Positions 38,886-53,662 are shown, counted from the stretch's first letter. The stretch is 64,000 nt of DNA from Octopus sinensis (GCF_006345805.1 NC_043009.1:16306001-16370000); one strand, 5' to 3'. Notes: generated from the sequence alone by a model not told the origin. Numbers and translations are program-made.

Positions 38886-39689
38886 AAGCCAAAAATTATT
38901 CAAGTGGGGATGGGTCAGTTCAGCTGATCGAATCCACTCTCGTTGGTATATGTCTGAGACATGTTTCATCGATCTCAAATTGATGAAAAGCAAAATTAAC
39001 TCCACTGGTTTTGAACTCAGGTTTTACTGGGATTTTACTGGGAATTGCGTTAATTCTTTATTTAGGTGATCCATTGTTTGCAAGTTTCTTTTGCCCTGAA
39101 CCTTTTATTACAATATATTATTAACAATAAATTGATAAATGATTTTCAAATTCTATTTCACTCTGAAATTTAAAATATTTGTTTTTTTCAATAAAAATCT
39201 TATATAAAAGAAAGCAATTAAAAACTTAAATCTCTTCGTCAATAGCACTAAATAAACTGTATCTGCTAAACGGAATTTCAAAATTATAAATGAGAGACAA
39301 ACAAAAAATTGTAATTAAGAATAATTAGCTAAGAAAGAATATAATTATTTTAATGACTGTGAAACAAATTAATGTAAGAAAGTTGTTTTAACGAGTAGCC
39401 AAACAAGCTTGATTAATTCAACAATTTGGTGATTCAGTAGCTGAGTGGTTAACATTATTAAACCCGCAATCAAGCTTGCTACAGGCACAACAGGATTTAC
39501 TAAAGCACAGAGCCACACATTTTGAAGGAAGGTGAAAGAAACTGTCATATTCACCTGTTTTATCAAAAACTGTATCTGTCTGAAATAATTCATTTCTGTT
39601 AAGAATCGAAACTTCATTGCAGGCTTTCATTCATATTACTCTGTAAATGTTTATCAGTTTTTAGCACCGTTGACCCAAAAGTAGGTGCA

Positions 39690-40330
39690 GTACACAACTA
39701 AGGATCTTATCTGATCCCTGTAGTACGCTGCTGATTTTTGAAGGTTGAAGCATTTCCTGGTCCTGAGCAGATCAATCTTGTAAAGCAGCTTTTGTTAAGT
39801 GAAGGATTTGCACTTGTTAGAAAAGATTGTCATTGATACTCAGACTTGTATACACAGTGACCTTGGAGATTCTTGATCCATGAGATTATGGTATTGTTAT
39901 CATGACACATGCAATGATTTTGTTTTTGTGCTGCTGAAGTTCACAACTCTAGCCTAAAGCCCGCTGGGGAAAGTTTCGAGAGTTTTGTGAATAGAGACAG
40001 TGTAAGGTTGGCTCGAGATGCTAAGATTGCTCGTTAATGATGCTTGGGTGCAAAAGAAATGAAAGTCGGTTTCATCTGCGTAAGAGTAAGCGTTATTGTG
40101 GATGACAGCAAGTAGGTCGTTGATGTATAAAAAGAATTGTATGGAGAAACGCGAATCTTAGTGCCTAGCAGACTTAATTGAGTATGAGTCAGTAAGAGCT
40201 CCATCACCGCAATCTGCAACAGTGTGATCTAACAAGAAGCCACCCACTGATCTAAAAGAAAATAGATAGATAAAAGCGTGAGTAGAGAGTGTTGCTGGGA
40301 GATGCACATATCCAGCAAGGTAGGATATTT
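39690..40330 (-). pseudogene. decayed CR1/L2-type reverse transcriptase
   Basis: In-frame FLYINDLLAVIHNNAYSYADETD (YADE at 40082-40071), followed by VNFSSTKTK; many stops. Confidence 0.8.
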
Positions 40331-42234
40331 TTGCAGAAAAGTCTTTGCATCAAATTGACGTGATTATACTAGGCTTGACACAGTGTCGTCATTTATAATT
40401 CAGTAATAATGCCATAGATTTATCATGCAATTTTGTGAAGTTGCATCATACAACCCGGACTCACGTTTCGTGATTCACATTGTGATTTACATACAATTAC
40501 TCTGTTATTTCGACATAGTGGTAGGGAATGGAAACAGTAAAAAGAAAACAGTAACAGTTTTACTTCTCTACTTAACCTAGATGATATATAATAGCAGTCT
40601 CAGTAGCAACAGTGGCTATTGTGCTGGGGATTGTGGGTTACAGGGGCAAGTAGCAGCAAGTAATCCAGCTTCATCTGATAAATCTCTAAATCCCAATAGA
40701 GAATAATGAGTAAAGTTCAAGCGAAGCAATTGGCAGCTTCTATGGCTACACTACATTGTTCACAATCGTTTGACCTATTTTCCATCAATGAAATATGGTT
40801 TGACTGAATATATTTTGTCGATAATTTTATGGCCAATCCATTGAGGAATCTCAATACATATTTTCTAAAACTATTTCCATTTATTTTCCGGTTTATTTCT
40901 CAACTTTTCTACGCCAAAGTTGTCTGTAATCACTTTGCCGAATCGACTGATTACCAGGAAAAAAAGCTGGTTCGTATAATCTCACCGGCGTTACGGATGT
41001 TTCATGGCAACATCGCTTTAAAAGATCATTGGTTTGGTCCATATGACTGCAAAAACACTTCTTCAATGGCAGCGTGAGTAGCATATAATTAACGAATATC
41101 TCGCTGGTTTAAAGTACTTAATTAAAGGTCTCCAATGGGTCTAGACCCAACATATTAAGAGAGGAGATAAAAATCAATCAACTTATTCGCAACATTCTTA
41201 CCATATAATATTTATGAAAACATCAAAGTATTTCCGCGATTAACAAAATTTTGAAATTTCCTTTTTTCATAATTTTATGTTCCTTTAATTTTAACATAGA
41301 AAAAATAATATCCTTTTTAAGATTGAATCTTTGAATTTTGATCCTTTTAGCTCCTAGCACATCAGCAGACTTTGTGGCTTCTACTTTAGTTCTTGCGGCA
41401 TTATCAATTTTTAATGTACACTCTAATGTTCTACTTGAAGTTAATATAGTTTAGTTACTAGCAATTTCGCTTGCTATGCCACGCTGGGGAAACATTCATA
41501 GAATTGATTTGCTTCTTGCAAGATGCTGCATGAACACGGCTAATGATTATTAATCAACGAACTTTATTAATCCTTTCAAGTATATATGAAAATGTTTAAC
41601 TTTAAATCCTTATTTACTTTGAAAACATGCAAACTTAAATCATAAAATATATAATCAGACAATTCACACTCACTCTCTAAAATTACTGACCTTGGGCTAA
41701 AATTTGAAACCATTATTATTACTATTAATTCAATTCATTGTGATATTATTATCAGGTTTGTGGGGGTTGTACAGACAGTAACGCACGGAGCTGTAATTAA
41801 TTCCTTTGGTTAATTACTGACTTCAAAACCTACAAGTTAGCTTCGACGTAGCATTTTATTGCACCACGGGCCTGCAGGAAATATTAACTGTATCCAGTTT
41901 CAATGAACTTGAGCTGCTCATCATTTGAATGTGTGTATCTAAGTACAAATTATGTTGTTCAACAGAGATTTAAGCAGAGCCAAGGGGTCACAAATTAACC
42001 GAGTGTACACTAAAACCCCAAATAACGGGTAAGACAGAAACGATAACAACGGACCTTTTCGCTTAGTGTATAAAATGCCAGTGTTCTAAACTTTATGAAT
42101 ACATGACATAATGTCAATATCCTGCCTTTATAGTAGGAATGATAGATAGTCTATATGTATTGATTGATTTTGATTGGATATATGATGGCAGTCAATGATT
42201 TTAGAAAAAATATTATAATCGACTCAAATATATT

Positions 42235-42450
42235 GGTTTCAAATTTTGGCACAAGGCCAGAAATTTTGGGTGATGGGATGAGTCGATTACATCGACTCCA
42301 GTGCTCAACTAGAACTTATTTTGTCGACTCCGAAATGGGTGAAAATAAAAGTTGCCCTCGGCGGAATTTGAAATCAGAACGTAAAGGCGGACGAAGTGCG
42401 CCAAAGCATTTTGCTCGACGTGCTAACGATTCTGCCAGCTCACTGCCTTA
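42235..42450 (-). mobile_element. SINE family B
   Basis: Reverse-complement full copy; another partial copy at about 42860-42990. Confidence 0.85.
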
Positions 42451-42514
42451 TTTAATGCACATATATTAATAGCATTCATTCGATCTAAAAGAAAAATCTC
42501 TAATTTTTGAATTG

Positions 42515-42695
42515 ATGTGTTAGAAATAGCACCTAAAACTCCCCTAATTCACATTGTTGTCTCAATAAAATGAAAGATACACTAGATAACGCAGTTCTAG
42601 AAGCATTATATCTGAAAGAAGACACAATGCTCACAGCTGAAATGCTTTTCGTCCAGTCAGCTGGAGCAGGTGTGACCTGGGGTTAAACAACAACT
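42515..42695 (+). mobile_element. unclassified interspersed repeat (family F)
   Basis: ctagaaatagc..aaatctccctcaaatcaca motif also at about 14795 (-), 18990, 43470 and 58670. Confidence 0.6.
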
Positions 42696-43763
42696 GCAAA
42701 ATACTTGATAAATTCATGAAAAACAAAGTCAGAACCAATAAGATTCGAGCTTGAAACTAAAAAGAAAGGAAAAAACTAGAATTTATTCTGGAAAGCTTAT
42801 TGCCCTGACATCTGTATCAGGTTTTGTAAACCATAAACCCTACTAGTATCTCAGTTTCCACCTTATTTTATCGACAATGAGCGATGAAAGGCCAAGTTGA
42901 TTTTGGTGGGATTTGAACTCAGAGCAGAAAGAACCGGCACTTTTACTGCAAAGCATTTTGTCCGCCACGCTGGTGATGCTGCCTATTCAAATATTAGTCG
43001 AAAGATATATTTGGATAAGGAGAGAAAAAAGATAATGAAACATAGAAAGAGAAGAGGAGAACGAGAAGAAGAAGAAGAAGAAGAAGAAGAAGAAGAAGAA
43101 GAAGAAGAAGAAGAAGAAGAAGAAGAAGAAGAAGAAGAAGAAGAGGAGGAGGAGGAGGAGGAGGAGTGCGAGAATAGGAATTGCCATATTACTTGGACAT
43201 GTTCGTCAGCAGTAAGGTATAAAATATTTCTAATATATGAACTTCGTGTGTCTGTGCTGAAGAAATTAAGGAATATATGACTGACATTGTACCATTGCAT
43301 ACTAAGTGAACACACAGACACAAGCATATGTAGGTACTTACACGCATTCACATATATATATATATATATATATATGTATAATGTTAGTGAGGATGTGTTT
43401 GTGTGTTTCTGTATATGTATGTATTTGTGTCTACGTGTATGTGAACTATAACAAGGTCAGTACATGGTGATTTAACCTGCTAGAAATAGCGACTAAATCT
43501 CCCTCAAATCACATTCTACTCTTTTATATTGTCTTCTTGATCAGGACCTGTAGAGGTCTAAATAACAAAAACCTCAGTAACGCATTTGGAATAGGGTCAG
43601 CCTCATAATACGACAGTATTATGAGACTAACCCTATTCCGACTGCGCTACTAAGGCTCTTAAAATGTGAACCGGGGCTGCACGAGATATCATCCTCATGT
43701 GTATCCTGTTCAACAGAGTACATGATCGGCCGACTGACCAGTTAAACATGAAAACCTTTACAA

Positions 43764-43982
43764 CAGTGATTTCCAACGTTGGGCATATGACCCACTGGTG
43801 AGGCCTAAGAAAATTGTGGTGGGGTGGGAGATCCAAAATTTTACGATTTTTTTTTTTAGTGAGACATGAAAGTGATAAAATATTAAGAATAAAGTGGGGT
43901 TTTTTCCCCAGTAACTGATGGAACATACATTTTTCTGGAAAGTTATTGTGGAACCTGGGGTAAAATAGGTTGGGAAACACTG
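43764..43982. mobile_element. hAT/Charlie-like MITE
   Basis: Imperfect TIRs cagtgatttccaac / gttgggaaacactg; 8-bp TSD not recovered. Confidence 0.6.
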
Positions 43983-44099
43983 CTCTTCTTTTTCGTTCTA
44001 TGCGCTAAAAATACCAACCAACTTTCCCACGAGCCAACACTACCATCTTTGAAAAATTTCTATTTCATTATGTTTTTAAGTGCTTCTTATAAAGGAAAT

Positions 44100-44601
44100 T
44101 GTTACGTCCGTGGCATCTTCACTAACGGTCCAGTATCAGGGAAGTTGAGGTAGAGAATGTTCTTCTGCAACATCAAACGCCTCAGCAAAAGCGGGAAAAA
44201 CAAGACCAGGGCGGGAATTTCAGATGCAAGTCATCTTAATAAGAGAGAACTAAGAACAGCGGTAGGTACAGGGGATAGGAGAGAAAGAAAATATCGGCGA
44301 ATTAAAGTGACGATATGAATGAGATGGTCGGGTTTTCGGTGGATGTGGAAGATGAACCCGCACTGGAAACCTGGTGTCAGTGTAGTAGCATTAGAAAAGG
44401 CAAAGTAAGAAGACGGCATGTCTGTGTACTAAAGATTAGAATGGGTTGGTGATCGACTTCATGTCATTTAACCGAGGGGCTTTTATAGGACGCGCCCTTT
44501 ATAAACGTATACATTGGGAGATACAAAGAAATAGACGGAACACCTTTGATCCCAGAGCTGCACGATCAGTAATGACCTGGCCTAAAGAGAAATCAATAAC
44601 A
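44100..44601 (-). mobile_element. candidate solo LTR
   Basis: TGTTA...TAACA termini and TATAAAAG on the minus strand near 44.49 kb; no TSD. Confidence 0.45.
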
Positions 44602-45649
44602 TCAGCCTGACCATAATATGACTAATGGTGTTAAAGTAGAGATTATTTGACTCATGATTTTTTAATGAATTTATGAAAAATTCACCTGGAATAAAATTCG
44701 CCAAACATAGGTTAACAGAATGAGAAGTATCAAAATGTTAGATATTGCCTCAAGCCATGGAAATTGCATACGGTCACTTCTGTTTATACTTTGATCTGTA
44801 TATTTTGAAAATTGTCGTACTGGTGTTGGTTAATGGGATCTGATACTTGATATTAATCATCCCCGTTTTGAGCTCAGAATTAATTATATGTGCATTTGTA
44901 TAAAGACAGAGTAAAGTAGATCCGTGTGTCTATTTTATAGTCAAAATACTTATTTATGAAGTCATGTTCGTGTAGAGAGTGGAGAGAGAATTCCGCACTG
45001 CAAGCCAGCGAAACACTTGTCAGTTCAACAGTGCTACCGCTGCTTACAGCGTTGAATCATACCGCCTGTGTTATCTATTTAGGTCTAAATGGCCCCGGCT
45101 GTAGAATAGAATACTAAGGCGAATTTGATTATTTTGATGTTTTCAACATCAGAAAAGAATCATATTACAATTAGGTACAGTGATTAAGAGCAATACAAGA
45201 AGCAAGCAAAGGAGACGTCTCCGAACGTGTTTATCTCCTTAGCCGTACTCTGAGCAATACTACAGATTTTATTCTTGCTTGTTAACCCTCTTTAAAGTAA
45301 ATATTTATATGAAATATTCGTAAAATTATTGAACTATAAAGGGAAATTAGATTAGTTGACAATTTAATAAGCGTTGTTTACATATTACTCGAGAGGATAA
45401 AGTAACGGAGGCAGAATACAGAAGTCAACATTTCAATTGAGTAAAACGATAAGATATCCAATCAGCCCGCCATGTTCTCCTGCAGTTTAATAAGTCCGTA
45501 GATCAAATTCATTGAGAAACTGGTTTTTTGCATCAAGATTACTACAACGGCGGTGGTGTGACGATGTGCATGATAAAGAAGCAATATTTGAAGTTTATAT
45601 TGTCGAGTTGGTTAAAGTATATATCCTTACTCTTTACTCTTTTACACTT

Positions 45650-46045
45650 TTACTTGTTTCAGTCATTTGATTGCGGCCATGCTGGAGCACCGCCTTTAAT
45701 CGAGCAACTCGACCCCGGGACTTATTCTTTTGTAAGCCCAGTACTTATTCTATCGGTCTCTTTTGCCGAACCGCTAAGTAACGGGGACATAAACACACCA
45801 GCATCGGTTGTCAAGCAATGCTAGGGGGACAAACACAGACACACAAACACACACACGCATATATATATATATACATATATACGACGGGCTTCTTTCAGTT
45901 TCCGTCTACCAAATCCACTCACAAGGCTTTGATCGGCCCGAGACTATAGTAGAAGACACTTGCCCAAGATGCCACGCAGTGGGACTGAACCCGGAACCAT
46001 GTGGTTAGTAAACAAGTTACTTACCATACAGCCACTCCTGCGCTT
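45650..46045 (-). mobile_element. SINE family A, full length
   Basis: Reverse complement of the family consensus. Confidence 0.93.
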
Positions 46046-46113
46046 TAGAGCCAACTTTTTTTATTATTCTGACGTAGGTCTATAAACTATGTTAAGTAAA
46101 TATACTTAAGGTA

Positions 46114-46182
<69 letters not shown>

Positions 46183-46415
46183 GGTGCATTAGGCATGATA
46201 AAAAAAATATTCAGACAAATGCATAACAAAAACACCAGGACTTACAAACACATATAACATACAGAAAATTGCACTACTAGGCACTGCACACATTCTACGC
46301 AGAACACTTTCCATACAATAACCATCAGAGCATCACAACAAATCACAGCACATACCCAAGGCACACAGAGCTGCGATCGGTAGTGAAGTGAAAGCACGCT
46401 ATAAAAATAAAACTA

Positions 46416-46419
<4 letters not shown>
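46183..46419 (+). mobile_element. 3'-terminal R4/Dong fragment inside (TAA)n
   Basis: GALGMIKK..PGL..IQKIALLGTAHILRRTLSIQ* plus a 3' UTR, with (TAA)n on both sides. Confidence 0.9.
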
Positions 46420-46498
<79 letters not shown>

Positions 46499-46568
46499 CA
46501 ACAGCAACAACAACAACAACATCGAAAAATATCTTAGGAATGAGAACCCAGGTTCGAAATTTCCCCGA

Positions 46569-46615
46569 GACACCTGATGAAGGCTGGAGGTTATATCAGC
46601 CGTAAACGTTGTGTT
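46569..46615 (+). ncRNA. hammerhead motif with a 1-nt insertion in GAAA
   Basis: gacac CTGATGA a ggctg-gaggttatat-cagcc G(T)AA ACGT T gtgtt. Stem I is 5 bp. Lies in a repeat spanning about 46520-46665. Confidence 0.7.
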
Positions 46616-48754
46616 AACAACAAACAAGATGAGGACAAATATCCGCCAAATGTAAATAATGTTGATAATACTTATCAAGGGGAATGAGTGAGAGAACATC
46701 CAAATTAAAATTGACTAAAATTTGGAGATGATAAATACTGGAGATAATTAGTATGATCCTTCATACTTACGGCCATTACAACTTCGGATATGATTTGATT
46801 CTACTAATTCGTGGGAGGAATTTAAAAGTATGTCACCTTTGTGACACTGAAAGTCTAGCACCATACTACGAGAATCATCTACAGTTTTCACAGTAAAAGA
46901 AACTCTGTGTCATTGAGTAAGTGTAGTATACTACCATAGATATAATTTTGTTAGTCAGCTTTTAAAAAATATTCTACCACTGAAACAAAAGAAGCCATTG
47001 TCTAACACAGTAAAACTGACTTCAATGGAAAGTGTATTATGAACAAGTGGACTAATTGTTTTACAACGTTTAGTTCTTGCTCCTATCACTTGTTGAAATG
47101 TCTCCATAGTGTTGACTTTATCTTTCATCTCTTTAGTATCAATACTGTAGCTGCTTTAACTGGCAACACACTTTCTCATGAAACCAGGCGCTTTAATTAG
47201 TTAGCGAGAATAAAAACTTTTTTATGTAATTGCTTTGTAAAATATATTATTTCAGGTTGTGATTGTAAGAACAGTATTACAGCAGAAGTTATTTTAAATT
47301 TATAGCATTTCTATACCCAAAGTGGTCTTATGCCAATGTCGTACCAGTTAATATTCATATAAAAATACGACAAATATACTCCAGATAATATCTAATTTTA
47401 AAAGAAGTTAACATATATGAATATAAAAGTCATAATATTTTTTTTCTTCCGTAAATTACCAACGAACATCATTTGTTTTGTTCTGCTAGAGTTCCGATCA
47501 ATTTCTGTTATTGCGTTGGAAAACATTTCCTTCTAAAGACTAGAACGTATTAGGATTTCAAGACGAACTGCTGACAGTAGAACTTGCTAGACGGAATAAT
47601 TATTAAAATGCTGGTCACGGGTCAAGTTTTGGTTTTCATTTTAATTCACCTGAACTTTCTGAACAGAATTTCAGTGAAAATATAATTGATATTTTCGTAA
47701 GATAGTTTAATTGAAAATGTCTGCTTGTCTGCTGCATAACATTTTTCTCTTTCGGTTAATGATGATTTTGTTATTTGATGATGAGGTTACTGCTTATATT
47801 AAATATTATCCTGTTGTCGGTAATGGTGGCTTGTGACAGCAATGATAGTGGTGATGGAGGCGGTGCTGATGTTAGCGGTAGTGATGTCACTAGTGGTGCA
47901 TGTGTTGTTGGTAATGATAGCGATGGAGTAGGTTTCGCTTTTGTTAATAGTGTCGACAGTGATGATAAATCTGATGATCTTGTTGATGATGGATGTGACA
48001 ATGTTTATGATATCCATGATGAATGTGATGATGCTGAAAGTCTCGTGGACATGATGATGATGTTGATGTAAGACTACTGGATTTATTGCTAATAATGTCA
48101 GTGGTGGTTGTGCCAGTTGTATATGTTGTGGAGGAAGTGTGGGTGTTGGATGCTGTAGTGATGGTGGTTTAGTGTGGTGAAAATTAAACATTTACACTAA
48201 TGTCTCTTTTCCTCCTCATACGGATGTAGTTTTAAGTATATTAGTTCCTGCTTAAAAATCAGCCTCCTACTCTGCTGTAAGCTCACATTTAGTTTTCCGT
48301 TATTTGGATTTCAGATTGCTCCTTACATCTTTTTTTTTAACTAGAATTAATTAAGCTAATGATTTTTCTTCTTATAACAAGTGTAATTTTAATGAACTAA
48401 ATATATTTTCTGCTCACTACATTAGTATGTATATAACATATAGACTATACATTTTTACAAACTATCATTAACCCACTACATTACGCAACATTACGTGTAT
48501 ATGTATGTGCCAGGTGGTCTTTTCACCCGGATGCATGGCACGAAACAACATTTCATTGGCTATTTTTCACTCAATCAAATTATCTATTTTTGGAGCGCTC
48601 TTCGGTCGATGAGCAGCTTACGTGAGTGTACTTTTTCAAAATATAAACAGTTGTTTGTTAACATTGAACAGAGCCAAAAAAGAAATGAGCAAGATCTTAC
48701 ATTTCGAACTCTCAAACTACCTTAATCCACCCACACACGCACGCACGCACGCAC

Positions 48755-48786
<32 letters not shown>

Positions 48787-49204
48787 GTACACATTCTCTC
48801 ACTCATATACGTGCTAACATTGCAACGCACATATTTGTCTAGTCTCAGACATATCAACATAAAGTTATTCTATGCCACGACTCTTGAATTAATAATGTTT
48901 TTGTTATTGTTTCATCTTCCATTATTTATGCAATGTTGTTAAATTATCTTTCGAGATATTTCATATTTTCATTCCAAATATTAATTCTTCTGTTATTTCT
49001 AAAAGACGTTGTTGAATTAAGACAGCAAACTTTTTAATTTACCACGAAAAGATAGTCGTGAAGAATAGTTGAACATTTATGCGGGAAGAACTCTTATTCC
49101 AGATATCGCTGTACTGCAACACTTCGTTGTTAATACTGGGGAACAAATTTCAAGTTTTTCTCCATTGAATTAGTTTTTACAGTTAGTTCTATGCAATATT
49201 CGTG

Positions 49205-50845
49205 CACTGAGCACGAATTTTTACTCGGTTTTGCTCTATCAGGCCCTAATTTTTGGTGATATCATTTGATAAAATTCATAAAAGAAAGCCACACGTCGCT
49301 CTTGTTAACGCTTTTCCAAACGCCGACAAAGAGGCGCTTGACACACTCTTACCCATGTACCCATATCTTACCCATGTACTCATGTACAAGTACGTTTCAC
49401 TAACTTTGAATAGAAATAAGGAAGGTGAATATAATTGAAGAAGGATTCAATTGAATGTAACTTAATTGCGTTATGAGAACGAATTTTTTGTTTGTGTCAA
49501 AAACGACCTTTTGACAGTTTTTCCATGTAAGTGTCGCGAGAGCCTACTAACCATGAGACCGATTGCTACTTTTGTTTTGTCAAAACTTCGGGCTTCACTA
49601 AGAAAAAGAAAAAGTGTATCGAGTACCCAAATTTCGACAACGCGATACGATCTGTGCTACAATCACATGAAATCTCCATTCCAATATTTAAGAATCTGCT
49701 ACCTGAAGAATTAGCTGAAGGTGTTCCAGAAAATATTATTATGCACTCTGAAGAGTTTGACACTGATTTTGATCTCAGCGTATTTCCAAGTCAAAATAAT
49801 CCGCAAAAGTTTGACCAGGCCGAGTTGAATGATCGTGTAAGGGATCTAAATTTTCGAAAAAAAAGGTTGCGGAAATTTTAGCTTCAAGACTTAGAGAGAA
49901 AAACGTGCTTACTTCAAACACATACATTTCATTTTACAGAAAAAGAGAACTTCTTAAATATTTTAGAACAGAGGATAATTTAGCATATTACCACAACATA
50001 CCTAGTTTATTACAGGTGGAGGGTACGATGCAAATGATTGGCGCTTGTTTTTAGATAGTTCGAAAAGAAGTCTTAAGTGTGTGTTGTTGAATAATGGCAA
50101 TCTATACGGTTCGATACCGATTAGGAACTCAACAAAGTTAAAAGAAAAATATGAATGTATGGAAATGGTTTTAAATCATATCAAATATATGAAACACGAG
50201 TGGATCACACGTTTTGACTTTAAAAAGGTTAGTTTTCTGCTTGGACAACAAGTAGGGTATACTAAATATCTCTGCTTCCTATGTTTATGGGTCAGCAGAG
50301 CCAGGGAAGAACATCATATCAAACAAATCTGGCCAGCACGAACATCACTTACTGTCGGAGTAAAATCCTAATTAACCCACCTTTAGTGTCCAGAGATAAA
50401 ATCATATTTTATCCGCATATCAGACTAGACCTCATTAAATAATATGTAAAAGCTTTAGATACGAACGGCAAGTTTTTCAAATACATAACTTCAAAATTTC
50501 CAAGTTTAAGTTATGAAAAAGTCAAGGCGGAAACTTTCGACGGTTCACAAAGAAGAGCAGAAATTAACGATTGCAGTTTTCCTGATGTCATGAATGCCAA
50601 AGAAAAAATGCCTGGTTCTCTTCTTCGTGGAATTGATAGAAAACTTTTTTGGCAACTGTAGGTCAGAAACTACGAAGAAATCGTAAAAAAACTTTTAAGG
50701 GGCTACAAAGAATTAGGTTGCAAATTAGGTTGTGTAAGAAGGCATTTTTAATAGCATTTTATTTTAATTTTGCATTTTTTTAACCTTGACCAATTTCCAA
50801 GTAATGTAGGTGCTCTAAGTGACGAACAAGAGGAGATATTCTACA
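49205..50845 (+). mobile_element. decayed Chapaev-like (CMC superfamily) DNA transposon
   Basis: REPTNHETDCYFC, QAELNDRVRDL, WRLFLDSSKRSLKCVLLNNGN, LLGQQVGYTKYLCFLCLW, GALSDEQ across frameshifts. Family name is from recall; the right end is not found. Confidence 0.75.
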
Positions 50846-51099
50846 CTTGTGGATCCCCTAAGCCCATGAGACCCCTGGACAAGTGTCCAGTTTGCGCATA
50901 CTTTAAGATGCCACTGCGTGTAACACGTGAACCAACTAGAAAAACGCGATTCCATTGACCTTAAGTATCTGTGTACTAGCTTTCACCCATCATTACACCA
51001 TAAGAAGCAGTTACAGAGCTAACCCATAAAGTATCATTTGAAACTTACTTCTGTATCTTCTAGTGGCATAAGTTCATTAATTATTTATTTATTAATTGC

Positions 51100-51460
51100 C
51101 CACAGGGGTTTAAACATAGAGGGGACAAACAAGGATATACAAAGGGATTAAGTTGATTATATCGACCCCAGTGCGTAACTGGTACTTATTTAATCAACTT
51201 CAAAAGAATGAAATGCAAAGTCAACCTCGGCGGAATTTAGACTCTGAACGTAACGGCTGACGAAATACCGCTCAGCATTTCGCCTGACGTGCTAACGATT
51301 CAGCCAGCTCGCTGCCTTAAATTCATTAGTTATTAACTGCCGCATGCGTTCAAATTCTGCCGAGGTCGACTTTGCCTTTCATCCTTTCGAGATCGATAAA
51401 TTAAGTATCAGTTGCCCCCTCACAAAAACTTTCGGGCCTTGTGCCTAGAGTAGAAAATAA
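51100..51460. mobile_element. two SINE family B copies head-to-head
   Basis: Minus copy about 51100-51320; plus partial copy about 51335-51460. Confidence 0.85.
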
Positions 51461-52548
51461 TATTATTAACTGCCTCATGAAATAATTCACATACTCATTT
51501 ATGCTAATGAACTTGAAGTTAACCAAAATCTCGATATTGACAGCTAATGTCCCATTACTAAGAGCCGCATGAAGCAGGATTTTCCATTCTGATTTCCGTT
51601 GTAGGTGAGACTCGACCTCTCAAAAGAAAGATGGTTGAGATGTAGACTCTCAGTGTGCAGTCGAAATATATATTTAGTTTTAAATTGTTAAAATAGTAAT
51701 TTATCCGAACTTAAACATATTTGTTTACGCAGCAGGTAATGCGCCATTCGATTTCTATTGGTAGTTATTTTAGACAGAAATGATCTATGAACGTAAATCT
51801 CTGACTATGTGTGTGTGTATGTGTGTGGGGCTGTCCAATGCGTGTTTATCTATTTGTGTGTAAGTGTAATTTTTTTCCCTACACCTTTTCTACAATCAAT
51901 AGAAACACATCCCAAAATAGCCATACTTATCTAACCATATGTACCCTTTAACTTTCTTACTTTTTATTAATTATTTCACCCCAAATTTAGAATAATCTTC
52001 AAACACCTTATGTTGCCTTAAAGCTGATTATCATCCTTAATCTTTCATTTCCTTTTACATTTAGTTTTTTTGTGTGTTTTTTGGATATATTTTTTCATGA
52101 TCTTTATTTTTTGTATATTCTATACATCTTTTCTCCCTCTCATATATGTGGACTTCTAGAGCTCTTTTGTAGTTTTGTTCTGCCAGACCTCCTGGTCATA
52201 AGCTAACCCCCAACAGTTTAGCGAATTAAAATAACCTCCTGTTTTAAATGATTTCCTTTACTGCAGATTCGGCCATTTTCACTAAATGTTCAGATAAACA
52301 TTTGATTCTAGAAATAGTAAGTGAACTGAACTATGTGAACTTTAAATAGAAGGTCGTGATGTAGGTCACAAACTAGGTTTTGATTCTGAAGCACCAGAGC
52401 AGATACGTCCGGTATCAAAACCACCCCACCTCTGTTAATAATGGTGGAACTGAATAATTATGCATAATAGAAAGGATAAAATAATACCAATCGTTCGTCA
52501 CTCAGCTAAAACTGCTGCAACTATGAAATCTGTTCTAGAATATACTTA

Positions 52549-52549
<1 letters not shown>

Positions 52550-52641
<92 letters not shown>

Positions 52642-52644
52642 TAA

Positions 52645-52689
<45 letters not shown>

Positions 52690-52715
52690 TAATAATATGA
52701 TGATGATGATGATGA

Positions 52716-52751
<36 letters not shown>

Positions 52752-52794
52752 ATAATAATAATAATAATAATAAATAATAATAATAATAATAATA

Positions 52795-52882
<88 letters not shown>

Positions 52883-52950
52883 TGATGATGATGATGATGA
52901 TGAAGAGGAGGATACAACCACCACTACTACTGCTATTACTGCTGCTACTA
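52550..52950. repeat. compound (ACT)/(AAT)/(GAT) microsatellite
   Basis: Direct reading. Confidence 0.97.
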
Positions 52951-53009
52951 ATAATATAATGATATAAACGATTTCTTTTATATAAAAGTACTAATAATTT
53001 ACTTTCTAC

Positions 53010-53437
53010 TATAGTTACAAGGCCTGAAATTTTGAGGGAGACAACAATCGCTTAGAACAGCCCCAATGCTCAACTGATACATATTTTATCGAACTCGAAA
53101 AGATGACAAGCAAAAGCGACCTCAGGGTAGTGGGGGATGAACTAAGAATATAAAGACGGACTAAGTGCCCCTAAGCATTTTGTCTGGAGTGTTATCGATT
53201 CTGTCAACTCACCGCCAAAAGAATTATTTCTGCAATAGGCACAATGCCTAAAATTTTGGAGAGGTGGCTAGTCGTTTATATCAACCTCAGTACTTGCCTG
53301 CTGCTTATTTTATCGGCCTGGAGGGATATAAAAGACAAAGTCGACTTCGATTGAATTTGAACTCAGAATTTAATGCTAGAAGAAATGCCATCTAACATTT
53401 TGTCTGGCGTGCTAACGATTCTTCCGGCTCACTGCCT

Positions 53438-53440
<3 letters not shown>
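53010..53440 (-). mobile_element. two tandem SINE family B copies
   Basis: Reverse-complement cores at about 53090 and 53330. Confidence 0.8.
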
Positions 53441-53468
<28 letters not shown>

Positions 53469-53580
53469 AAGAAGAAGGAGGAGGAGGAGGAGGAGGAGGA
53501 GGAGGAGGTGGTGGGGAGGAGGAGAAGGAAGAGAAGAAGAAGAAGAAGAAGACGAAGAAGACGAAGAAGACGAAGAAGAA

Positions 53581-53636
<56 letters not shown>

Positions 53637-53662
53637 AGGAAGAGGAAGAAGAGGAAGAAGAA

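Noticed and set aside
47775-48071. 98-aa ORF with hydrophobic N-terminus and Asp/Gly-rich body
   Set aside because: Codons are mostly GAT/GGT/GTT/AGT-like, as expected for a decayed trinucleotide repeat; not excluded without RNA data.
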